Source: Eledone cirrhosa (lineage: Eukaryota). Taken from it: a DNA stretch of 64,000 bases. Below are positions 51,682 to 64,000 of this stretch, piece by piece (the first letter of the stretch is position 1; every line of letters starts with the position of its first letter). Where the stretch lies: the NCBI GenBank assembly GCA_964016885.1, contig OZ024741.1, positions 39,928,001-39,992,000 of the forward strand, given 5' to 3'. The notes beneath the pieces are model-generated. The model made no database searches. It was not told the origin of the DNA and saw only the letters and a program-made list of their open reading frames with translations. The position numbers and the translations under genes were made by a program.

Positions 51682-52015
51682 CTAAACTAAATCGATTGAG
51701 ATGAATATTTCATTGAACACGAAGGCGACACGATCATTGGTTTTTCTAATTGATGACGTTAAAAGCATAACTGCAACATCCCCTCATAATAGAGCATGGC
51801 CCTGTATTTTCTAAAAACTTGGAATATTAGCTGCTATTTTTAGATTTTTAACGTACCTAGTGGGGGTATTTGCATGCTTTCTAATTGGAGGGCTAATCTC
51901 AATTAATTAAAGATGTTCAACATATTTTATTCCATATGTGAAAATATATCGTCATATATTTATATATATATATATATATGACGATATATTTTCACACACA
52001 CACACACATACACAC

Positions 52016-52106
<91 letters not shown>

Positions 52107-52199
52107 ATATAATATATATATGTATATATATATTATATATATAGACAGACACACATATATGCATACACGCAAATATTTATATATTTGTGTGCATGTATG

Positions 52200-52248
<49 letters not shown>

Positions 52249-52429
52249 ATAGACTGTCTTATGGAATTCCATACGTAAGTAGGAAATTAATGTTAATACA
52301 AAAAACAAATTGCAGAAATGAGATATTTTGCTCAAGTTTATTATTATTGTTAATATTTTTATTACTAGTATTATTATCGTTGTTGTTGTAATGTCTCCTT
52401 TATGCGATACCCTTGTGGCAAATAAAAGA

Positions 52430-53050
52430 CATCTGGTGGTGGTGTTGTTGGTGGTGATGTTGGTGGTGTTAGTGGTGGTGGTGGTGTTGTCGTTGGTGGC
52501 GTTGTTGGTGGTGTTGGTGTTGGTGTTGGTAGTGGTTGTCGTCGTCGTCGTGGTGTAGGTGGAAGAGGGTGGTAATGATGGTGATGATGGTGGTGATGGT
52601 GGTGGTGGTGGTGGTGGTTGTGGTGGTGGTAGTGATGGTGATAATGGTGGTGATGGTGGTGATGGTGGTTGTGGTGGTGGTTTTGGTGGTATTGGTGGTG
52701 TTGGTGGTGTTGGTGTTGGTGGTGTTGGTGGTGGTGGTGTTGGTGGTGTTGGTGGTGGTGGTGGTGGTGGTGGTGATGGTGGTGGTGGTGGTGTTGGTGG
52801 TGGTTTTGGTGGCGGTGGTGATGGTGATTCTGGTGGTGGTGTTGGTGGTGTTGGTGGTGTTGGTGGTGTTGGTGTTGGTAGTGTTGGTGGTGGTTTTGGT
52901 GGCGGTGGTGGTGTTGATTGTGGTGGTGTTGTTGGTCGTGGTGTCGGTGGTGTTGGTGGTGTTGGTGGTTTTGGTGACGATGGTGTCATTTTGGTGGAGG
53001 AGGTGGTGGCGATGGTGTCATTTTGGTGGCGGAGGTGAGGGCGATGGTGT
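52430..53050. repeat. (GGT/GTT/GAT)-rich degenerate trinucleotide tract
   Basis: Seen directly. Confidence 0.93.
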
Positions 53051-53241
53051 CATCAACTTCCTATTCCTTTATAAACAGGATCTGACAGGATATTAACCCT
53101 TTGAAATCAATCATTAGTTGCCTCAACAAAATTAATTAATAAACTCTATGAAGTTTGTCTTAATTGTCACACACGCTTACACACACACACACACACACAC
53201 ACGAGTGTGCACACACGTACACACACACACACACACGAGTG

Positions 53242-53276
<35 letters not shown>

Positions 53277-53532
53277 ACACAAACTCAGATATTATATATG
53301 TGCATATATAGACTGAATATATTTGCTCTTTCTAAAAAATTGTCCCGATTTTTTTCATTCTATATTTCTCTTCCATCTTATATTTCTCCTATTTTATGAC
53401 GAATGTCAATGTACGAAAGCTATAGACTCTTTTTCGACTTTATCAAGCCATTAACTAATATATTTTTCATTGTACTGTATTGTTTGCTTTGTTGTTTCCG
53501 TTTACTTTTGGCATACAGACTTGTCTGTGTGT

Positions 53533-53599
<67 letters not shown>

Positions 53600-53759
53600 T
53601 GTATGTGTGTGTGTGTTCCACGATAGTTTTGGCGAACATGTTCTTCAGTTAGTTAAACAAGTCCACTGTTTAATTGTATGAAGAGACCTAAACTCTCAGG
53701 TAAACTCCAGCGCATCAGACTGCTGAAGTAACTTTATTAAATTACTTATTGTTACTGTC

Positions 53760-54545
53760 TTACCCTCATCTGATATCTTTTTAGCCTTAACTCTCTTGCT
53801 CTGAGCCGGTGCTACAGTAAAGCCAGAGTCCTGGTGTTTCTCCAGTGCAAGGTGCATACGATAGTCCACTGCGATGATAAAAAGGTAGGGAGCCAATGTA
53901 TCTCCCTGGAGCACCCTAGCCAGTATCTCCAAGAACTCCATCATGCCGTCAGGTGTAATGACTTGGGCTCTGGTGTTGGTGTAGAGCAGTGATATCAGGT
54001 TCACTATCCTCTTGAGAATTCCATAACCCTGTAAGATCTTCATCAGGCAGTGACAGTTCACAGAATCAGAGGTCTTTTTGAAGTGAATGAAAACCATGAC
54101 AGCAGGAAGGCTCTTTGCTCTAGCTCCTAAAATTCTGGTCAGCATCAGGATGTGATTGGTGGTTGATCTTCCCTCTCTGAAGCCGTTCTGGTTGTCTATC
54201 TCATATGGTGGATGGGTGCCAAACGAGAATGTTGAGGATGGCTCTGAACATTAATCAGTATGCACTGGGAGCCTCGCAAAATCAGCTCGAAAGTGACACA
54301 GATGACACTGAGGTTAGCTGGACATGCTCATCGACATTCAGAATTGACACTGCACTCAGTGATCTCGGGGGAGCCCCTACATGAACACACATGAAGAGAG
54401 ATACCGAGAATGTCATATATTGATGCCCTAAGGACAGACACAGGTCTCTGGGAGATGCAGGACATGGCGGCAATGATGAAGAACAGAGACCGCTGGAGAG
54501 AACTTGAGCATGGATCTCAGGAAATTTACCCGCCCTAGATATAGT
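53760..54545. mobile_element. Second RTE copy with internal inversion
   Basis: 53765-54240 minus RT (QNGFREGRST, VLQGDTLAPYLF); 54255-54545 plus 3' end homologous to 44316-44622; GTTACTGT on both sides. Confidence 0.85.
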
Positions 54546-55689
54546 TACTGTAACCTCATTATCTAGCATGACTCCCTTTTGTGTTTCCTCTTTTCTTTTT
54601 AAAATGTAGTGCCTATCCGCCATTGGCTATCAAGATGATGAACCATCCACTAATATGGCAATTCCATGACTCTGCTTCCAAGACCCAACAGCCCCTCAAC
54701 GAGGGATATAGCCAACTGCTAGGGACTACTGTAAAAGAACGACTTCGTCCATCTATACTAAACATAGCCTGTAGTACCCTCACAAGCGAGAAATCTATGG
54801 AAGTGTCAGTATTTCAGAGTTGCCTGGTACCCCAACCGTCTCAGTGAAAGTTAGAGTTATGATTTTTTTTTTTGGGGGGGGGGGGGGACTGTTTAGTCAA
54901 AGATGAAAGAGGAATGACCATGGCCATTTTCAGCTAGTTGCAAGGAAGGAAGGGGGTATCTTGAAACCAGAAACCTGATCCGAATGTTTGCTATTATTAT
55001 ATTATATTTTGGGAGTAGCAATTTTTTTTTTTCTAAATTTCATTTTGTATCTTTTTAACAAGAAACATGTTTTATATTGAGGTGGAGAACGTGAAATATT
55101 TTCAAGTGTCGGGTGAGGTGAAGCAGAGTGATGTCTCTACCACCAAAAGATCTGCGTTAAACACACCCACATAGCCAGACAAACACACAAAACCAACGAG
55201 ATTAAATTACTTTTTGGGGAAACGGTCCCTAATCAGGATATTTTATATTGACAACTGCTATTAAATCAGCAACTCCAAGTAGTGTCATAAATAGGAAAGA
55301 CATAATTTCTGAAAAACTACTTGAATTGACAGTAGTAAGAAACTCTCGGGAGAGATGGACAGCAGGTCTGCAGAGAAGAAACCCCCCACACACACTCAAG
55401 CAAGTGTTTCAGTCCTTAACCTATTGAGTTGACATAAGAAGATCCCTCCATAAATTAGAGATCTAACAAATTTACATTATTAATTGCATACAACAGTCAA
55501 TTTCCACCATATTTAAAAGAAATTCTCCTTCGTTTTAAAGAATTTTAAAGAATGAAAGAATTTGCTCCACGTGTTTATTTATATACACTCATTGCCTTCT
55601 TTTATTTATCCAAGGCTACTTGAAATTGCTACTTCTATTTCTGTATATAATCACATGCATATATACATCCCACCTACCCATATACATAC

Positions 55690-55740
<51 letters not shown>

Positions 55741-55824
55741 GGAAAAATTTGAACAGGAACAAAACAGAGAGGCAGTACAACGAATGTTTATTAATTTCAC
55801 GCTCTGGAGAGTGGGGTGGTGGGG

Positions 55825-55858
55825 AACGACGTTTCGGGCATAAGCCCTTCCTCAGGTG
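55825..55858 (-). ncRNA. Minimal hammerhead ribozyme in a short insert between (TA)n tracts
   Basis: ac CTGAGGA AGGGC ttat GCCC GAAAC GTC gt; AATAAA downstream. Confidence 0.8.
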
Positions 55859-55871
55859 AGAAGTGTACTGG

Positions 55872-55948
<77 letters not shown>

Positions 55949-56164
55949 AAAAGGTAAACAGAAATAAAAACAGACTCGATACAGTATATGGAAGGACTAT
56001 TTTAGTTTAACGCTTGAAATAGCAGGAAGAGGGCCTTGATGTTTTGGACGCTAGTCCTTCATCAGAAGAAAGTATGAGAAATAAGATAGATTGAAGGGAT
56101 GGGCAGGACGAAATTGGAAAAAATGTTTTCAGAGAAAAATAACTGGTCCATACACGTTGCCACC

Positions 56165-56237
<73 letters not shown>

Positions 56238-56469
56238 TATATATAGATGAAGTAGTGGAGGGGGAACCCCAAAGGTATCGGAAGAATCTGAAATTTGAAA
56301 GTAGTAAAAAGGATAAATCCATCCCGTTTCTGGATCATGGTCCAAAACTTTAATATTTTCATCATGCCTTCCAGGTGGTTTTTTTTTTTCTGAGTGCACA
56401 TGTGGGTTGTTGGTTTTTATTTTTCTATCCCCTATTTTGAGACGCTCTTTTATTTTTTTCGGAGAGGAG

Positions 56470-57010
56470 AGGTGATGAGGTTAAATAATGTACAAGAATT
56501 GCAGGAGCTGGTGCAGTAATGTGCCAGCTCTGTATTCGGTCATCAGAAGGACGGAGGTAGGTGTAAAAGCCAAACCCACTATCTTAAATTCGGTTTTCGT
56601 GTCAACGAAAAAAGAATACGATGTCGAATACAAGCGGTCTAAATGGGATTCCACCGAAGGGCCTTTGGAATAACATTACTCAATAGAGTGTGTAGCTCTG
56701 AGATCGGAGAGCCATTCCAGGTCAAGCCGTTCTCCATATTGATAGATCACAGCTCCGATACAAAGAATATATGCTTAGAATGACTTAGGGAAGAATCGGT
56801 GGGCATATTTTACGGTAAAAAAAACAATCGACAGGAGCCCTTGGGGCAGACATTGAGTAAGATTGTTGGATAATATGCATGACTTGGCTGGTCACACTTG
56901 GGGATCCAGCCGGATCAATTAGAGACGGTTGCTTCTGACATGACCCGTTGGAAGGCGTGATTGAGGACTCTGTCCCCACGACCCTCCTAGGTGCTGCTAT
57001 TAAGTTAGAC
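56470..57010 (+). pseudogene. Decayed Rex3/Expander-like RTE 3' fragment
   Basis: Frameshifted RIAGAGAVM...KAK...RCRIQA.EMGF.RR..G..L.NRV.SSEI.E...RSQLR. Confidence 0.65.
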
Positions 57011-57125
57011 ATGGCCTGGGCCAATACTGGCCAAAACCCATCAAAGTTATCAAAGTTATATATATGCATGTGTATGTATATATATATATATATATATACA
57101 TACGTACATATTCGTATATACACAC

Positions 57126-57178
<53 letters not shown>

Positions 57179-57180
57179 CA

Positions 57181-57231
<51 letters not shown>

Positions 57232-57842
57232 CTAAAGGTCGATATGCACATTTATTTAAGACACTCCAATATTGGCTACAAGGAAAATAACAACACCAAC
57301 AACTACAACAAACATATGTAATACAACTATTCATTTTCTTATCACAGACCAAGCAGCGCCACATCCCAGAAACAATTAGGATCAACAACAGCAGCAATAT
57401 AAAAAAAACAAAATAATTTAAAGACAAAAGCCGCCATTTTCCACACAGAAAAAAGAAGCCAACTCAGCTACAACACCGAGGAGAATAGTTAGAATATGAA
57501 CCATAATAGTACTCAAGTGATTCATGCTATGATATGCTGTTGCCTGAAATACGATTCTTTGTGATTCCCTGTTAGTCTATAGTCTGAGTTACGTAAATGT
57601 TCTCCGTAGGTTTGATATGTTAAACTATGGTCAGTGTATTGTGGTTGTCACGTTTCAGAAAGTTAACGTCTGCTTACAGCAAATTGGATTGGCAACTGAT
57701 TCATCATGATATATATATACATGTATGTATATATATATATATATTTACATATGCATGTAGGTATATATATATATATATTTACATATACATGTATGTATAT
57801 ATATATATATTTATATATACATGTATGTATATCTATACATGA

Positions 57843-57940
<98 letters not shown>

Positions 57941-57941
57941 G

Positions 57942-58008
<67 letters not shown>

Positions 58009-58055
58009 ATATATATATATTTATATATACATGTATGTATATATATACATGAATG

Positions 58056-58108
<53 letters not shown>

Positions 58109-58109
58109 G

Positions 58110-58180
<71 letters not shown>

Positions 58181-58191
58181 ATGTATATACA

Positions 58192-58274
<83 letters not shown>

Positions 58275-58277
58275 ATG

Positions 58278-58313
<36 letters not shown>

Positions 58314-58314
58314 C

Positions 58315-58968
58315 TGACTTGTACTTGTGTCGACATTCACCCTGGACGGGTTTAGCCGGCTTCTTCCCTTGTCCTCACGGCATCCCGAACCATGGCAGCC
58401 CAGGCACGACGGTCCCGGGCTAGGTCACTGGAGATAGCAAGCCAGTCACGGTTCCATCGGCGCAGGCCGACCACCTGCGGACCTGAGAGTTCGGAGAGGT
58501 CCTCCTTGATCGTCGTTGCGCAGGTCTTCAGCTGCCCGCCAACGCGCTTGCGGCAGTTAGGGAGTGGAGGTGGGAGGAGTACATCACGGATCAGCTCACC
58601 CTCAGGGCGCCGGGCTGCGTGACCATACCATCTCAAGCGCCATTGCAGAAGCACTGAAGGAAGGGGTTGAAGATTCAGGCGAAGACGAAGACTGGCGGTA
58701 GGTACCCGATCAACGCGTCGGCAGCGAAGAATCCGGCGGAGACAGTCATTGTCGAAGACCACCAGCCCCCGTTGATCGACTACCCTTATACGCCATGTTT
58801 CACAGCCATGGAGGAGGATAGTGAAAACGACGGCCTGGTAGATTCGCCCTTTGGTCGCCGAGATTATCTCTCTTCTGTCCCACAGACACCGCTGGAGGCG
58901 CCCAAAAGCGGGTCTGGCAGCACCTATGTGACATTTGACCTCGGCTGCGCCCTGTCCCGTTGGAACCA
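58315..58968 (-). mobile_element. RTE-clade LINE 3' fragment
   Basis: KGRIYQAVV.TILLHGCETW, DNDCLRRIL, RLRWYGH, ARDRRAW; tail CAAGTACAAGT. Confidence 0.9.
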
Positions 58969-59934
<966 letters not shown>

Positions 59935-60028
59935 ATTGATTGACCAACGGTTAAAATACAGATGTAAATACATATACATAGTCTATCAAAGTTCTTTCGT
60001 CACACATCTGCGACATCATCAGTAGTAC

Positions 60029-60072
<44 letters not shown>

Positions 60073-60135
60073 TGAAGTAATTCCGTCGGAAAAGTCCAGG
60101 AAAAAAGAGTGCTCTATGTAGGTAACATAACTTAA

Positions 60136-60392
60136 TAGTTATGTAATAAACAACATAAGGCAATGAATTCTATTTACCAGTGGATTCTTAAAAGCAAAAA
60201 ATGTTGCTTTCAATCATCAGAATGAAAAAATCCTGGTCTATTTATTGAATTGGATTCTTAAAAAAAAACTTTTTTAAGAATCCAATTCAATAAATAGACC
60301 AGGATTTTTTCATTCTGATGATTGAAAGCAAAGTTTTTTGCTTTTAAGAAACCACTGGTAATTGGAATAATTGCCTTATGTTGTTTATTACA

Positions 60393-60399
<7 letters not shown>
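60136..60399. repeat. Fold-back palindrome, about 130-bp arms
   Basis: Symmetric about 60268; each arm carries CTGATGATTGAAAG. Confidence 0.92.
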
Positions 60400-60457
<58 letters not shown>

Positions 60458-60473
60458 ATTATTATTATTATTA

Positions 60474-61136
60474 CAGCTACATTTATCTTGCTTTATGTTC
60501 ATACGAGTTATCACCAAGTCACAACCAGTGACCTCAAGAGACAACAAGGTCCGCCATGTTCAAGAAAGAACATACATACTCACACATGCACCTTTAGGTG
60601 TTTAGACTTGTGATGTACTTATATTGACAGAATCTTCCTTAGTATATGGGCAGTTCCCATTAGTACTATCTTTTGTTTTTCTCCTATACGCGGGTTTCCT
60701 GGGATTTGCGATAAGTAATCATTAGACCCGTTAGGTATCATTCCTAGAGCGCCTACAACCACTGGTATTGTTTTAGTTCTCAATTTCCACATTTTTCCAA
60801 TTTCTATCTCCAGGTCCTTATACTTGCTCAATTTTTCAAATGTTTTTATAGATACATTCTTGTCTATTGGAACGGACATATAATTTAGCAGGCATACCCT
60901 CTTTTTAAAGTCCTTCACTATTATATCAGGTCTATTTGCATCTATTTTTCGGTCTGTTTGGATGCTAAAGTCCCACAAGATTGAGATGTGATCTTTTTCA
61001 AGTATAGGAGGTGGTTGATGCTCCCACCAATTCTTTTGATGGGGCCGGTCAAAATGCTTACACATTATCCAATGTATGTATTGTGCAGCTCTGTCATGCC
61101 TGTTTAGGTATTCGGTTGGAGCTATAGGACTGCACA
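60474..61136 (-). mobile_element. R4/Dong-type RLE retrotransposon 3' fragment in (TAA)n
   Basis: RHD, LWDF.IQTD, NRPDI, KYKDL, IPVVVGALG; (TAT)n on both sides. Confidence 0.9.
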
Positions 61137-61166
61137 TTATTATTATTATTATTATTATTGTTATTA

Positions 61167-64000
61167 CTCTTTGAGTCTCAATCATTGATGTTAATTAACT
61201 GGAAAGTTTGTTGAAATGAATATCAAGCCACTACCTGCAGCCTCAGATATTCAGGACGTATCGGAGGGTTCTTGCTGTTCCCAGCAAGCATGCCTTTTGA
61301 AGCGTTCCAAAAAGCGTGAAGGGGCCAATTTTATTTAACCATCCCTGGAAACTTTTTGAGATAGTCCCTAGTGCGCCTATGACAATCGGGATCACTTTGA
61401 CTTCATGGCAGTTCCAAATCCTTTTTACCTCCCACTTTAAGTCCTGGTATCGGTTAATTCTCTCCCTCTCCTTCTCTTGCACTCTCGTGTCGAATGGGCA
61501 GGCCACATCCACAATCAGGCACGATCTTTTTTCTTTGTTCACAACCACCAGGTCAGGTCTATTGTGTTCCAGTTTCTTGTCCGTCTGTATCCTAAAATCC
61601 CACAGCAACTTCACCTGATCGTTTTCTATCACCGCCTCTGGCTTATGCTCATACCACTTCTCAGAATGTGGTAAATTGTTTACTTTGCATAGGTGCCAGA
61701 GGATCACCCTGCCCATCACATCATGTCTCCAGCCCTTATAGTGAGTCTGGGCTAGGTGTTTACACTCGGATACAATGTGAGCCACAGTCTCCTCTCTCTC
61801 TCCACAGATCCTGCACAGTGGGCTAGCCTCCTCCTTGTAAATATGGTGTTTCAACCACTTCGTTTTGAGGGCCTGCTCCTACGCAGCCATTAACATTCCT
61901 TCTCTAGCCTTTTTAAGGTCTCCTCTTTTCAACCAGTTCCATGTCTGTGGATCTCTAAATTCAGTTTTCTCAAAGAAGGTACTATGAAGGGATTTTTCCT
62001 GAAGGCTGCTCTTTCTCCTTGCTGTTATTTCCTCCTTGGACATCCGCTGGCCTATTGTCCCCTCCTTCAGTACAGTTCTGAGCATTGGCTCCTTACTATC
62101 AGTTACGTATTTGTGTAGGTTGTTTTTCTCCATCTGAACACAGTCCTCTATGCTGATAAGACCTCTTCCACCTTCAGATCTCCTTAAGTAGAGTCTATCG
62201 ACATCACTCCTCTTGTGGAACATGTTGTAGATAGTCAATAGCTTCCTAGTCTTCCTATCCATTTCTTTTTGTTCAGCAACATTCCATCTCAGAATTCCCG
62301 CACTGTACCTAATAATAGACATAGCTCGGGAATTTACTGCACTTATGGCATTCCTACTGTTCAGATGTGACTTTAATACGCTCCTTACTCAACGAATGTA
62401 TTCAGTTCTTATCAATTCCTTCATTTTTTTGTTCTTTATGTCATCAGCCTCCAGAACGCCCAAATACTTGTATCCTTCTTCAGAGTCAATTTCCTTTATC
62501 ATCTCACCTGTTGGTACCTGGATTCCGTTACTTCTGCTCAACTTACCCCTCTTCATCACAATGACTCCACACTTACTAATACCAAATTGCATACATATAT
62601 CATTGCTGAAAATACGGACAGTGTCAACAAGCACATCCAACTCCTTCTCACTCTTCCCGAAGAGCTTAAGATCGTCCATGAAGAGGGGGTGATTGATGGT
62701 AAGCCCTCCCTTTCCCAACCTGTATCCTGCTCTCACTTTTCGCAGTACACTGGTCAGGGGAATCAGGGCAAGGACAGACAACAGAGGGGACAGACTATCT
62801 CCCTGGAAGATACCTCTCTTGATCTTCACGCTTCCCAAGGATTCTCCAGTTGATGTTAACTCTGTTTCCCAGGACTTCATACTTTTTCCCAACAACTGTC
62901 TGATGTTATCTGCCACCTTGAAGATCTCCAGGCTTTTGGTGATCCAAGAATGAGGCACCATGTCAAATGCCTTTTTGTAGTCTATCCATCCCATGGCAAG
63001 ACCAGTGTGTCTTCTCTTGCAATTCCTCATTACCATCTTATCAATAAGTAACTGGTCCTTTGTACCACGTGACTTCTTTCGGCATCCTTTCTGTTCGTCC
63101 GGTAACAAGTTGTTTGTGTGGAGGTGATGGTAGATTTCCTCAGACATAATGCTTGTCAACAGTTTCCACATTACGGACAGACATGTGATAGGTCTATAGT
63201 TGGTAACATCATTACCCTTGATTCGGTAACTTTTTCCTGTCTACAAATCTTAGGTTCATAGATCTCCGACTATCATTGTTCAATTCATCTACCACTAAGT
63301 TTAGGATATCAACCAAATCTTGCCCTAGCCCGTCAGCATTTATCTCCTCAGTGGCCGTATCTCTGTTCCAGGTATTATTTATCTCAGCATTCAGATCATT
63401 GTCTGTTTCGGGTGGTTCCTCCGTTCTCTCGACCCCTTCACCTTCATTTCCCACTGGCATACTCCACTCTCCATCTCCAAGCTAATCCCTCTGTTCAGTT
63501 CCTCCAGTTCCAGCTCGCTTATCCACCCATTAGTTCTTATTACCCGAGCCTGCCCGGCCAATTTTTGTTCATCTAATTTAAATAGACCAATCTCGTTCCA
63601 GATGTTATGCATCCGTTTCCTATAGCCTTTCTCCTTGGGGTTACTCTTCAGGTAACATTGCATAACAGTTCTATTCAATTCTTTCGTCCAGTTGGTTCTG
63701 GTCCCTTTCCTTCTTCTTCTTCCTCCGACACCAGCAGTATTTGGTTGACAGCCAGGTCCCTGCTGCTGAGCCAGGGAGCACCTGTTGGGTGAGAGTCTGT
63801 CACATGACATTCTAGTCTCCATTTCACCGTTATTCGAACTATTTAGGTTCGACATTTAAACACTCTTATCGAGGATTGGCGAATGTATGGTTACATAACC
63901 ACCGGTGATTTCATCACCTCCGGTGGTTTCGTCACTCCACGTGATTTTTGTGTGGCATTATCACGCTGTAGACGAACATAAATAAACAAACAAACAAACA
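61167..64000 (-). mobile_element. R4/Dong-type RLE retrotransposon, internally deleted at about 63.22 kb
   Basis: N-terminal WTKELN...YRKRM..IW domain; [41 protein letters not shown]; CRICG...H...C, RHD, RPD, IVIGALG; stops and frameshifts. Confidence 0.93.

Noticed and set aside
52177-53096. Pro-rich or Gly-rich structural protein ORFs
   Set aside because: Degenerate (GGT)n tract open in several frames on both strands; no splice or signal-peptide evidence
63880-63960. Hammerhead in the R4/Dong 5' UTR (GAAAC-stem-GTT on minus)
   Set aside because: No CTGANGA box or stem II partner found

Overview
Eukaryotic, AT-rich and dense in microsatellites. I could not support any host protein-coding exon, so the window looks intergenic or intronic. 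The SINE types suggest an octopod/cephalopod genome (inference). Nearly all complex sequence is retroelement-derived: Penelope-like elements (PLEs; a near-complete RT+GIY-YIG copy at 16.4-19.0 kb and a Naiad-type 3' end at 25.7-27.0 kb), a nest of Tx1/L1-clade LINEs in (GATA)n (32.1-44.9 kb, one full length with a TSD), RTE fragments (two with twin-priming-type inversions), a CRE-type 3' end, two R4/Dong-type RLE elements in (TAA)n, about 20 tRNA-derived SINEs and small Tc1/mariner remnants. The main hidden signal is non-coding. More than 15 minimal hammerhead-ribozyme (HHR) motifs from many unrelated families sit in (TA)n/(CA)n tracts. About ten fold-back palindromes turn around at or next to an HHR-like core, and at least two non-coding 0.4-0.5 kb repeat families have tandem-plus-inverted, retrozyme-like organisation. 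All calls were read by eye and boundaries are approximate.
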